From an uncultured Acidobacteriota bacterium (GTDB lineage: Bacteria > Acidobacteriota > Thermoanaerobaculia > Multivoradales > JAHEKO01): a DNA stretch of 64,000 nt. The stretch lies in contig CAVRAU010000023.1 of assembly GCA_963719055.1 (NCBI GenBank), forward strand, positions 71,790-135,789, written 5' to 3'. The position numbers and the translations under genes are program-made. Shown piece by piece: positions 10,040-21,000 of this stretch; the stretch's first letter is position 1; every line of letters begins with the position of its first letter. Below the pieces are notes generated by a model. That model searched no databases, was not told where the DNA came from, and saw only the letters and a program-made list of their open reading frames with translations.

Positions 10040-11784
10040 CCTGTAGCCGGATTGAAGAAGCCAGCGGTCCAATGCCAGCAGCGTCCAGGACTGCTCGTTG
10101 GTGAAGTGCGCGAATCTCGGTTGGCGGACGATTCCTGCTTCGGCAAGACGATCCAGAGCCGCACTCAGCAGGTGGGGCTGCTGCCGCAGCCAGTCGCGAA
10201 TCGGTAGATTGAAGCCCCGTTTGGGTCGGTCGAACAAACCGCTGGGAATTCTGGGCTCCATCAAGCTCCGGACGATCAGCTTGCCACGTCCCCCCTGCAC
10301 GTCTCGCAGCAGGCTAGTGTCCAGGGAAAGGGCCCACTCCACCAGCTTGTGATCCAGCAGCGGCGGCCGGACCTCGAGAGAGTGGGCCATGCTGGCTCGA
10401 TCCACTTTGGTCAACAGGTCTCCAGGCAGATAAGTGTGGAGATCGGCCCACTGCAGGCGCTTCAAGGGCTCCAGATCCTCTCGCCAGTACCGCCGAAAGT
10501 GCCACAGATCGTCGTAGTCGACCTCGGCCAGGGCCGGGCCCAGGAGCAGGGCCTTCTGTTGCGGCGTAAAAGGACCCAGGAAAGAAGCGTACTTCTCGAG
10601 ACCGGTCGACGAGCGGCGTTGACTGGAGCGTCCCCCATCCGAGAAAGACGGCAGCGAATGGGCCAAGAACCGGTGAAAGAGGTTCGGCCTCAGCGTCAGC
10701 CACTTGCTGTACCACTGGTAACCGCAGAACAGCTCATCACCGCCTTCGCCGCTCAGGGCGACGACGGCGTGTTGGCGGGCCAGCCTCGAGACCAGATACG
10801 TCGCCCACGAGCTACTGTCTCCAAAGGGCTCATCGAAGACCCGCGGCACGACATCGAGAGCCTCATCGAGATCGATGGAGGCCGCGATCTCCTCGTGGTG
10901 CTCGGTACCGAAGTGCGTCGCCACCTGGCGAGCCACCGGGGCTTCGTCCCGGCGCTTGATGTCCGAGCCCAGAGTCACCGTGCGCGGTTTGTCCAGATGC
11001 GCCGCTACCGTAGTGGAGTCGATACCCCCGCTCAGGAAGACAGCCACCGGCACATCGGCCAGAGTATGCGCCGGCACGATCTCCTCGAGATGAGCCCCCA
11101 GGCCGGCCACGGCTTCATCGAAATCGGTCACCTCCACTCGCGTGGAAGGGCTCCAGTAGCGCTCGATCTCGAGCGAGCCATCCCAACGGAGCGTGTGACC
11201 CGGTGGCAGATTGTGGATTCCCGCTGAACGCGGTCTTGGGCTCGGGTACATACTTGTAGGTCAGATAGTCGCGCAGCGCCAGCCGGTCGATGCTGGGCCG
11301 GCCGAGCTCGAGTAGAGCCTTGATCTCTGATGCAAAGGCGATCCCATCGGGGATCTCCCGATAGTAGAAGGGCTTCATTCCCGACGCGGTCTCGGGCTGC
11401 GAAGAGCGTGCGCTTCTCGGAATCCCAGACGGCGAATGCAAACATCCCACGCAGCATCTCCAGACATCTTTCGCCATGCCTGGCATAGAGATGGAGCAGG
11501 ACCTCGGTATCGCCATCGGATCGAAAGGGTCCGGGAAGTTGCTCGCGAAGCTGGCGGAAATTGTAGATTTCGCCGTTGTAGGTGAGAGTGAGAGAGCCCA
11601 GGGTCATGGGCTGGTTGCCGGCGGCCGACAGGTCGAGAATCGCCAGCCGGGTGTGGCCGAGCTCGGCATCTCGAGATCGCCAGACATCGTGGAAGTCCGG
11701 TCCCCGGTGAGTCAGCGACCGCGTCATGCGCTCGATCGCGTCGGGCTCGGGAGGGGCCCCTATGATGCCGCAGATCCCGCACAT
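10034..11784 (-). CDS. asnB: Asparagine synthetase (glutamine-hydrolysing). Two apparent frameshifts (about 11380 and about 11230).
   Basis: N-terminal Ntn-amidotransferase MCGICGIIG...RLAILDLS. Middle KPFYYREIPDGIAFASEIKALL is in a second frame. Synthetase domain with PP-loop FLSGGIDSTTVAA and LSGEGGDELFCGY is in a third frame. All on the minus strand and contiguous. Confidence 0.85.
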
Positions 11785-12905
11785 GACGCTATCTCGAGTC
11801 CTCGTCTCGGCCGCCTGATCCAACAGCCGCCGAGCACCTGGGTTTGCTGATAGAAGACCGCCGCCTGCCCAGGCGTCACACCCAGCTGCGGGTTCTCGAA
11901 GTCCACTTCCACTCGACCGTTGTCGAGAGGTCGGATCCGGGACCTGACCCCTGCATGGCGGGAGCGGATCTTGACTGTCGCGGTCAGCTCACCGTCGGGT
12001 GGCTGGCCTATCCAGTGGGTCCTCTCTCCTGAGAGACCCCTGGCTTCCAGCTCCTTCTCGCTGCCGACGATTACCCGGTTCGCGGCCGGCTCGACACCCA
12101 GGACATAGAGCTTCTCCGGGGCCGCCAACCCCAAGCCGCGTCGTTGGCCGACCGTATAGCGATAGTAGGGCTGGCCTTCACCCAATTCGTGCCCCTCACG
12201 GTCGACGACCTGGCTGGCTACCGGGGGCGCATGTCGCGAGTACCGTTCGGGGAACTCCGCCAAGCGTTCCTCGACGAATTCACGCACGCCGGTGGAGACA
12301 AAACAGATCTCCATGCTTTCCGGCTTCTCACACACCACCAATGCGGCCTCTCGCGCCAGGTCTCGAACGGCTCCCTTGCTCATCTCTCCCAACGGAAACC
12401 GAGTCGCGGCCAGCTGCTTCTGGGTCAATTCAAAGAGGTAGTAGCTCTGGTCCTTGCTCTCATCCAGCGCCTTGTGGAGCTGCCAACCGTCGGCGCTCGA
12501 CACGATCCGAGCATAGTGACCGGTGGCCATCCGGTCGGCTCCGAGCTGCCGGGCTCGGTCGAGAAAGAGATCGAACTTGATCCACGAGTTACAGCGAATA
12601 CAGGGGCTGGGGGTCCGGCCCTGAAGATAGTCCTCGACAAACGGATCCACCACCTGTTGGGCAAACTCTTCGTCCATCCGCAGCGTGTAGTGGGGGATTC
12701 CGCATTGTTGCGCGACCCGTTTGGCATCGCCCAGATCGAGAGCGCCACAGCACCGGCCATGGGTCTCCTCCTGCGAACGATCCCACAGCAACATGGACAG
12801 CCCGATCACCGTCTCGCCGCGCTGGGCCAGAAGCCAGGCGGTGACGGATGAATCCAGGCCACCGCTCATGGCCACGGCCGTCATTTCGGGTGGATCCAGG
12901 CTCAT
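11760..12905 (-). CDS. mnmA: tRNA-specific 2-thiouridylase
   Basis: PP-loop AVAMSGGLDSS plus CIRCN, MATGHYAR and a VLGGCWI C-terminus. ATG at 12905 overlaps the iscS stop (ATGA). The 553-aa ORF extension upstream is an artefact. Confidence 0.88.
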   Translation of the reverse strand: MSLDPPEMTAVAMSGGLDSSVTAWLLAQRGETVIGLSMLLWDRSQEETHGRCCGALDLGDAKRVAQQCGIPHYTLRMDEEFAQQVVDPFVEDYLQGRTPSPCIRCNSWIKFDLFLDRARQLGADRMATGHYARIVSSADGWQLHKALDESKDQSYYLFELTQKQLAATRFPLGEMSKGAVRDLAREAALVVCEKPESMEICFVSTGVREFVEERLAEFPERYSRHAPPVASQVVDREGHELGEGQPYYRYTVGQRRGLGLAAPEKLYVLGVEPAANRVIVGSEKELEARGLSGERTHWIGQPPDGELTATVKIRSRHAGVRSRIRPLDNGRVEVDFENPQLGVTPGQAAVFYQQTQVLGGCWIRRPRRGLEIASCAGSAAS

Positions 12906-14053
12906 CGTGTGACCACCGCCAGTCGTCGTAACTCCTCCACCTGTTGGCGGAGTGCCACCAGGAACGAGTCGACCTCTGCCACCGAATTTGAAATGCCAAA
13001 GCTGACACGGATGGCTGACAGAGCTTCCTCGCGCGGCACATCCATAGCCAGAAGCGTACCGCTGGGCTCGACCGTACCCGAGGAACATGCGGCGCCGGCG
13101 GAGACTGCAAAACCAGCCAGATCGAGTCGAATCAACAGAGACTGATTGTCCACTCCGAGAAAGGCCACGTGGCTCGTATTGCCCAACCGCTGGGCCTTGG
13201 CGCCATGGATCACCACATCGGGGATCGTTCGCAACCCGCTCTCGAATCGTCGGCGCAGATCTTCGACGTGTCGCTGGCGATCCTGAAGCTCCAACCGGGC
13301 CAATTCCGCTGCCTTCCCCATCCCGACGATGGCCGGCACGTTCTCGGTCCCCGCTCGTCTTCGCCTCTCCTGCGAGCCACCCAGAAGCAGAGGGACCATT
13401 TCGGATCGTTTGGCGGTCCATAAGGCCGCCGCGCCCAACGGGCCGTAGAACTTGTGAGCCCCCAGGGTGAGATAGTCCACCCCGAGCTCATCCACATGGA
13501 CGGAAATCTTGCCCAGCGCCTGCACCGCATCGCACAACACCGGGACTCCGACCTGGCGACAGCCCGACGCCACCTCGGCCACCGGTTGCAGCGTGCCGAC
13601 GACGTTGTTGGCCAGGACCAGACACACCAGGCAGGTGTCTTCCCTGACCGCCGCCATCATCGCCTCCGCATCGATACAGCCCTGGCTGTCGGGCCGGATC
13701 CAGGAGACCTCCATCCCAGCCGCCTCGAGACCCCTGGCGGTCGCTTCCACCGAAGGGTGCTCCACGGCCGAGACCACCAGATGACCTCGAAAGCCTCGAG
13801 GCTCGGCGATGGCCCGGAGCACGGTGTTGTTGGCCTCGGTTCCAGAGGCCGTGAAGACGATCTCAGGGGGCGCCGCGTTCAGCAATCGCCCGACCTCCTC
13901 CCGCGCCCCCTCGACGGCTTCCCGGGCACGTTGGCCAAAGGCATGAATGGACGACGGATTCCCGTGATGCGGACCCAACCATACCGACATTTCCCGCGCG
14001 ACCCTCGGGTCCACGGGTGTCGTGGCGTTGTGATCGAAATAAGCAGCGACCAT
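12902..14053 (-). CDS. iscS: Cysteine desulfurase (IscS/NifS family)
   Basis: Class-V aminotransferase fold with PLP-lysine context LTLGAHKFYGP and the C-terminal catalytic-Cys loop SAGAACSSG. 383 aa. Confidence 0.88.
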   Translation of the reverse strand: MVAAYFDHNATTPVDPRVAREMSVWLGPHHGNPSSIHAFGQRAREAVEGAREEVGRLLNAAPPEIVFTASGTEANNTVLRAIAEPRGFRGHLVVSAVEHPSVEATARGLEAAGMEVSWIRPDSQGCIDAEAMMAAVREDTCLVCLVLANNVVGTLQPVAEVASGCRQVGVPVLCDAVQALGKISVHVDELGVDYLTLGAHKFYGPLGAAALWTAKRSEMVPLLLGGSQERRRRAGTENVPAIVGMGKAAELARLELQDRQRHVEDLRRRFESGLRTIPDVVIHGAKAQRLGNTSHVAFLGVDNQSLLIRLDLAGFAVSAGAACSSGTVEPSGTLLAMDVPREEALSAIRVSFGISNSVAEVDSFLVALRQQVEELRRLAVVTR

Positions 14054-14136
14054 GGGGCGTTGATTCTAACGCGGGGACGGCTTGCAACCTGTCCCCCGCC
14101 TTGTCGTAGACGTTCACGGAACATAGGATCGCCAGA

Positions 14137-16726
14137 ATGATCAGCCGCCGCCTGACTCTTCCACTCCTGACAGCCATTCTGGTATTCAGCTTCTGGCTGG
14201 GCACGCCCTCGCCCGGGCACGCTCAGTCCCAGGATGAAAAGCCCGCGCCACCCACCGACGTGGTCAAGGGTGGTAAGAAGCAGAAGAAGAAGGCAAAGAA
14301 GGCTCAGCTCGCCGCGCTACCGGAGAAGTATCAGTTCTGGCTAGCGTCGGTGGACATGATCATTTCGAAGGATGAGAGGGAGTCCTTCCTCGAGCTGCAG
14401 AAGGACTACCAGAGAGACGCCTTTATCGAACGCTTCTGGAAAGCTCGGGATCCCTATCCCACGACCCTGACCAACGAGTTTCGTCAGCGGTACGAGGAGG
14501 CGGTCAAGGTGGTGATGGAGCGCTTTGGCAGTTTCGACGAAGACCGCGCTCGGGTCTACCTGGTCAATGAGCCCCCGGACGTCATGATGCCCGTCGAGTG
14601 CGTGGAAATGTGGCCAGCGGAAGTCTGGTATTGGCAGAAGAACAAAAAGATCGGCGTGGGAGTGGGCATCCTCTTCTATCAATCAGGAGGAGGTGGCCGA
14701 TACAGGATCTGGTATCCCGACGACGGTATCAATGCGCTGGCGAAATTCCCGGGTTCGACACGCCGCAAACGACGTCATTGGATCCTGCAACATGCAGGCT
14801 CAGGAGGCCCTGGGATTCATCCTCGCACAGATGCGCAACCTGGGCACCATGGGCTTTATGTCGTTGATGGCCGACATCCAGGAGATCCCCGCGGTCCCCA
14901 AAGGCGAGTGGGTGGAGACGTTTCACGCCTACTCCACCGACCTCGATGCAGGAGCTCCGGAGTTTCCGGCCTGGTTGGAAATCGAGTACCCCGGGCGACA
15001 CCAAAGCCGCACGGTCGTGCAGGGAATCATCAAGATTCCACGAGACGAGGTGGCGACTTCCGAGCTGGCGGACTACGGACAGACCTTCAACATCATGCTC
15101 ACGGGAGAGGTCGTTCGCGATAACAAGCTCTTCGACACTTTTCGGTATCAGTTCAATTTCCCCGTCGAGCAGATTGTCGGTGAGGAGATCCCTCTGGTTT
15201 TCGACAGATATCTTCGCCCCGGGGAGTACGATCTGGTGCTCAAGTTGGAGGACTTGAATTCGGAGGCCGAGCACCGCGAAGTGGTCGAGCTCTCGGTACC
15301 CGAGAAGGACAAAGCCGTGCCCGTGACCCCCAGCGATCCCGAAACGGCGAGGATTCTCGAAGAGGCCAACGCCGCCATCTCGAGTGGGGATTCGACCATC
15401 AAGATCGTGCCCCCCCGCGGGCAGTATTCCACCGGCATGATGCGCGTCGACACGCTGACCACGGGCAGGGACATTACCGAGGTCGTCTTCGATCTGGACG
15501 GTGGACAGAAACTGTCCAAGACCAATCCCCCCTGGAGCGTCGAGCTCGACCTCGGTTCGCTGCCGCAGATGCGCACCCTGAGGGTCACGGCGCTGAATTC
15601 CGCCGGCCAGGTGGTCGCCCGTGACGAGGCCAATCTGAACGCCGGCTCGCACCGTTTCGATGTTCACCTCATCGAGCCCCAGCCCGGTCAGACCTACACC
15701 CGCAGCCTACGCGCCGAGGCGAGGGTCGACGTCCCCGAAGGCAGTGTAGTGGACAAGGTCGAGTTCTACCTCAACGAGACACTCAAGGCAACTCTCTTTC
15801 AGCCGCCCTGGACGCAGCCCATCCTGCTCAACAGCGACAACGAGCTGGCCTACATCCGAGTCGTCGCCTACCAGCCCGACGGCAATTTCATCGAGGACAC
15901 CGTCTGGGTGAATGCTCCGGACTACATGGAGAACCTCGAGATCCAGTTCGTCGAGCTCTTCATCACGGTACTGGACAAGGAGAAGCACCCCGTCATGGGT
16001 CTGAAGCTGGACGACTTCAAGATCTTCGAGGATGGCCGGGCCCAGGAACCGCGGCGCTTCGAGAAGGTCACCAATCTGCCAATCCACGCCGGCATCCTGC
16101 TGGATGTCTCGGCGTCCATGGAAGAGAAACTCGATACCGCCCTGAAGGCCGCGCTCGGCTTCCTCGAAGAGGCCGTGACGCCCATGGATCGGGCCACCAT
16201 CGTGACCTTCAACGACCACCCCAATCTGGCGGTCAAGTTCACCAATGACATGCCTGCCCTGGCGGGCGGATTGGCAGGACTGCGGGCCGAGCGGGGGACG
16301 GCACTCTACGACAGCATCATCTTCTCTCTTTACTACTTCAACGGCATCAAGGGCCAGAGAGCGGTGATTCTGTTGTCCGATGGCGACGACCAACACAGCC
16401 GCTTCCTCTGGGAGGACGCCATCGAGTACGCGCGCCGTGCAGGTGTCTCTATCTACTCGATCGGCCTGACTCTTGGTAAGAAGGGCGGCAACGCGAAGAA
16501 GAAACTGATCAAGCTGGCTGAGGAGACCGGGGGTCGCAGCTTCTTCATCAACGATGTCAACGAGCTGGCCGAGATCTACCGCATCATCCAGGAAGAGCTC
16601 CGCTCCCGCTACTTTGTCGCCTATCAGTCGACCAACACGGCCGACGATACGACGTTTCGCACTGTCGAAGTCGAGCTCGACAAACCCGGGCTGGAAGCCA
16701 AGACGCTCCGAGGGTACTATCCTTGA
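14137..16726 (+). CDS. Large secreted protein, paralog 1: GWxTD-like N-terminal domain and C-terminal VWA domain (VWFA-related acidobacterial-type). Apparent frameshift near 14700-14780.
   Basis: Signal peptide MISRRLTLPLLTAILVFSFWLGTPSPGHA. Lys-rich stretch. ERFWKARDP...FGSFDEDRARVYLVNEPPD resembles the GWxTD domain. C-terminal VWA with ...ILLDVSASMEEK...VILLSDGDDQHS... Ends RGYYP. Confidence 0.7.
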
Positions 16727-16730
16727 CGGC

Positions 16731-19221
16731 ATGCGACCGTGCCCAGACGGCGGACTGCCGCCCATTTCGAAGACGTTTCGTACAGCGGTTCTCGCTGCCC
16801 TGATCGTCATCCTGATTCCCACCCACGCCTCCTCATCCGAACTTTCCCCGAGCCATCAGGAGTGGCTCGAGCAAGTCGACTCCATCATCACCGACGAGGA
16901 ACGCCAGGCCTTCTCGAGCCTGCTACGGAACTATCAGAGAGAGGCCTTCATTGCCCGCTTCTGGCAGGAGCGCGACCCGCAGCCCGAGACGGGACAGAAC
17001 GAGTTTCTCGAGATCTGGCAGCGGAGGTCGAGCCTGGTGGCCGAGCAGTTCGGCGAATTCGACAGCGACCGGTCTCGAACCATGCTGTTGATCGGGCTCC
17101 CCGAGTTGATGTTGCCAAATCTGTGTCCCGAACTGCTGCGCCCTGTGGAAGCCTGGTACTACCGGGAGGCGGAGAGCTTTCCCGACGGCTTCTACCTGGT
17201 CTTCATCCCGGCTCCGGATGAGCCGGACTCTCCCATGGTGCATTGGTCTCCCGACAAGGGAACCGCCTCGCTGCTGCGTTCGGGAATCGATCTAGCTGGA
17301 TCCGACCCCCTCCCTCAACTGGCTCAGCGATGTACCCGCGGCAAAGAGGCTGAAAGGGCTCTCGCGCAGGCGGTGAGCTGGGAGGATCTGGACGACCAGG
17401 AGGGTCTTCTGCCACCGAATCCGGGATCCTGGGTCGACGAGTTTCTCGATCGCACCACCACGGTCGATCCGGACACCCCCGCCATTACAGCGTCCATGCA
17501 GCTGCAGTTTCCTGGTCATCTCCAAGAGAAGACCGTTGTCCAGGTCGAGATCACCATTCCCAGCGATGTGGCGACTCCGACCGAGCCCGCGGCGGGAGTC
17601 TTCAGTCTTCGAATCGACGGGGAGGTCCTGCGGAGAGAGACTCTCTTCGATCAGTTCCGCTACGACTTCGACCTGCCGGTCGTCGACATCATCGGCAACG
17701 AGATTCCCCTGGCCTTCCAGCGCAACCTGCTGCCAGGAGACTACACACTGGTCCTGCGCCTGGAGGATCAGACCTCGGGACACGCCTTTCGCAGTGAAGG
17801 TCCGTTGCACGTGCCGAAACCTGCCGATACCGGAGAACCGCCAGCAGCGACCCTGGCCGAAGCCAACGCCGTTCTCGGTGCCGGCGATCATATGGTCAAG
17901 ATCCAACCCTTGCCCGAGCAACTCCTCACCGGCCGCGTGCGCGTCGAAGCGCAAGCCCTGGGAGAGGGTATCGCCAAAGTCACCTTCGTCCTCAATGGCC
18001 ACCGGGTCATGAGCAAGACCCGGCCACCGTTCAGCCTGGAGATCGATCTGGGGCACGCGCCTCGTCTGCACTGGCTCGAGGCCGTCGCCTTGGACAGCGC
18101 CGGTCAAGAGTTGGCTCGGGATCGGGTTCCCATCAACGCCGGGCCCCATAGGTTCGCGGTGCGCCTGGTCGAGCCGCGTTCCGGGCAGCGCTACGTGAGC
18201 AGCCTGCGGGCTGCCGCAGAGGTTCATCTGCCCGCAGGTGAGGAGCTGGAGCGAGTCGACTTCTACCTCAACGAGAGCCGGCTGGCCAGTCTGTACCAAC
18301 CCCCCTTCGTGCAACCGTTGTCGCTTCCCCAGAGCCAGCGCATCAACTATGTCCGAGCCGTGGCGTATCTGGTCGATGGCAATGCCACCGAGGACCTGGT
18401 CTTCATCAACGCACCCCAGGAGATGGCCCATCTGCGGATCAACATGGTGGAGCTCTTCACCACGGTCAGCAATAAGAAGGGACTGCCGATCGAGGGCCTA
18501 TCCCCCGCGGATTTCACCATCCGTGAGGAGGGGCAGGAGCAGGAGCTGCGACGCTTCGAGCTCGTCCAGAATCTGTCGGTTCATGCCGCGGTGATTCTCG
18601 ACGCTTCCACATCCATGCAAGAGGAGCTCGGCCAGGCTATCGACGGGGCGTTGCAGTTCTTCGAGGCTGTCATCCAACCCAAGGATCGGGCCGCGGTCCT
18701 CATCTTCAACGATGAGCCGATTCTAAAGGTTCCCTTCACCAACCGTCTCGAAACGCTGTCCGCAGGGCCTGGAGAATGTGGAATCCGAGGGCGAGACCGC
18801 TCTATACGACACTCTGGTCTATGCCCTCCACTACTTCGCCGGTATCAGAGGCAAGCGCGCGCTGGTACTCCTCTCGGATGGCGAGGACTCCCGCAGCCGA
18901 TACACCTTCGCCGAGACCCTCGAGTTCGCGCAGCGGTCCGGTGTCGCCATCTACGCCATCGGCCTAGGTGTGGATCGCCGTCAGGCCGGGCCCAGAAGCG
19001 TCCTGCACCAGCTAGCGCGAGAGACGGGTGGACGATTCTTTTCCATCGCTTCGGCGCGCGAGCTCGAAGGCATCTACGCCCGAATCGAACAGGAGCTGCG
19101 ATCACAGTACCTGCTCGCCTATCAATCCACCCATGAGGTGGGCGGAGACTTCCGGCGTGTGGAGGTCGAAGTCGGGCATCAGGGTTTGAAGGCCAAGACC
19201 ATCCCCGGTTACTATCCGTAG
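16731..19221 (+). CDS. Large secreted protein, paralog 2 of 14137..16726 (GWxTD-like + VWA). Apparent frameshift near 18770-18790.
   Basis: Collinear similarity to paralog 1 along its whole length (ARFWQERDP / [15 protein letters not shown]; [25 protein letters not shown]; VWA region). The C-terminus is in ORF 18778..19221 and ends IPGYYP like paralog 1. Confidence 0.7.
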
Positions 19222-19226
19222 CAGCC

Positions 19227-19830
19227 GTGAAAGAGATTCCAACACTCGTCCTGGCGTCAGGATCGCCACGGCGCCGAGAGCTTCTCCAGGGTCTGGGGGT
19301 CGATTTCTCCGTCCGTCCCGCGGATCTGGATGAATCTCTGCTGCCCGGCGAGAGTCCCGACCTGCATGTGCAACGTCTCGCTCAGGAAAAGGCCAGGGCC
19401 GGGGCTGCGGCAGGGGAATGGGTTTTGGCCGCCGACACAGTCGTGGTCATCGACGGCGAGATCCTGGGCAAGCCAGGCGATGCCGATGAGGCACGGGCCA
19501 TGCTCGAGCGACTGGCAGGACGGCGGCATACGGTCCTCAGCGGCGTCGCCTTGATCGACGGAAGTCACCGGACGCTCGGCTCACGGAATGGCGCGTACCG
19601 AGGTCCGCATCGCTGCCATGACCGCGGCGGAGATCGCCTGGTATGTGGCTACGGGAGAGCCCATGGACAAGGCCGGCGCCTACGCCATTCAGGGCCTGGG
19701 GGCGCTTTTTGTCGAAGAGGTCGAAGGCAACTACACCAATGTCGTCGGGCTGCCCATTCCCTTGACACGATCCTTGTTTCGCGACCTGGGGCTCGACCTG
19801 CGCGAGCTCTGTCAGCCAGGAGGAGATTGA
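19227..19830 (+). CDS. maf: Maf-like nucleoside triphosphate pyrophosphatase. Apparent frameshift near 19575-19600.
   Basis: N-terminus [15 protein letters not shown]-terminal [10 protein letters not shown]...NVVGLPI is in the second frame (ORF 19588..19830). The frame junction was verified by hand translation. Confidence 0.8.
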
Positions 19831-20159
19831 GTGTCGTCGGACTCGTCGTCGCCGCTGTACTTGATGGGGGCACCGAGCTCGTCGAGTGAGAAATTCGCCA
19901 TGATCTGGTGCCCGTTGAAATCCAGAACCCGGATGTCCTCGACGCTCTCCAGATCCTCGACGATAGACTCGAACGATTGCTGGTAGCGACTCCGCACGGC
20001 TTCGCTGTCCACTTCATAGGCAATGAACTTGTTGATGCCCTTGTAGCGGAGCTTGCGCAGCAGTCGATCATCGGTCAGCGCGGGATACGTCGAGAGAACC
20101 AGAATCGGTCCGGTGCCAGTGAAGATGAGATACGAGCTGGGAATATTTTCGTCGGTCAT
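19812..20159 (-). CDS. Hypothetical small acidic protein (115 aa)
   Basis: Protein-like composition. Locally lower GC (about 58%). No family recognised from sequence. Confidence 0.4.
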   Translation of the reverse strand: MTDENIPSSYLIFTGTGPILVLSTYPALTDDRLLRKLRYKGINKFIAYEVDSEAVRSRYQQSFESIVEDLESVEDIRVLDFNGHQIMANFSLDELGAPIKYSGDDESDDTQSPPG

Positions 20160-20209
20160 GGTACCCCTTTCGTGCCCAAGGTAATCTTGCCGCTCGTGGG
20201 TGTCAAGTC

Positions 20210-20941
20210 ATGATTCCAAGCCCCTTTGTTCCCGCCGTCGTGCTGGTCGAGCCACGCGAGGAAGGCAACATCGGAGCCGCCGCCCGGGCGATGGCCAACA
20301 TGGGCCTGGCAGAGCTCGTGCTGGTAAACCCGGAGGCCGAGATCGGCCGGATCGCCAGGGCCTTCGCGGTGGGCGCCGGACACATTCTCGAAACAGCCCG
20401 GCACACCGAGTCCCTGGCAGAGGCTCTGGAGCCCTACCAGCGGATCATCGGCACGACTTCAGCGCGCGCACGGGATCTGCCCATGCCGCCCTTGCTCCCA
20501 TCAGCGCTGCCGGCAGCTTTGCAGGAAGAGGCTCCCGACACCTCGACAGCGTTGGTCTTTGGCCCTGAGGTGTCCGGTCTGGATAACGATCAGCTGGCTC
20601 TCTGTGGTTTCCTGGTCCGTGTTCCCTGCGCCCCGGTCCAGCCCACCCTGAACCTGGCACAGGCCGTTCTTGTCGTCGCCTACGAGCTCTACATGGCCAG
20701 GCTCACTCAGATGGACGCTGCAGGTGAGCAACCACCGCCGGTCCCCTCGGGGGAGCTCGAGGGTCTCTTTGGCCAGCTGGAACCGTTGCTCGCGGAAATC
20801 GGTTTTCAACGCGATGACACCTTCGGTGGCGTCGTCAGGGACCTGCGCCGTCTGGCTGCACGGGCCGGGGTTACGGACAGGGAGGTCAGTATCTTGCGCG
20901 GTATCTGTCGCCGGGCTCAACGGGCTCTCGAGCGGCGGTAG
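20210..20941 (+). CDS. SpoU/TrmH-family RNA 2'-O-methyltransferase (TrmJ-like)
   Basis: N-terminus VVLVEPREEGNIGAAARAMANMGL typical of TrmJ/SpoU group. 243 aa. Confidence 0.78.
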   Translation: MIPSPFVPAVVLVEPREEGNIGAAARAMANMGLAELVLVNPEAEIGRIARAFAVGAGHILETARHTESLAEALEPYQRIIGTTSARARDLPMPPLLPSALPAALQEEAPDTSTALVFGPEVSGLDNDQLALCGFLVRVPCAPVQPTLNLAQAVLVVAYELYMARLTQMDAAGEQPPPVPSGELEGLFGQLEPLLAEIGFQRDDTFGGVVRDLRRLAARAGVTDREVSILRGICRRAQRALERR

Positions 20942-21000
20942 ACAGTTCTCACATCGAGGAGCTGTGAGATACACTGCTGCGCCCACCGGAGGATCGGAGA

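Noticed and set aside
11760-13421. 553-aa version of the mnmA ORF
   Set aside because: The first 172 codons overlap iscS in another frame and are non-protein-like. The conserved MnmA N-terminus with the PP-loop begins at the ATG at 12905.
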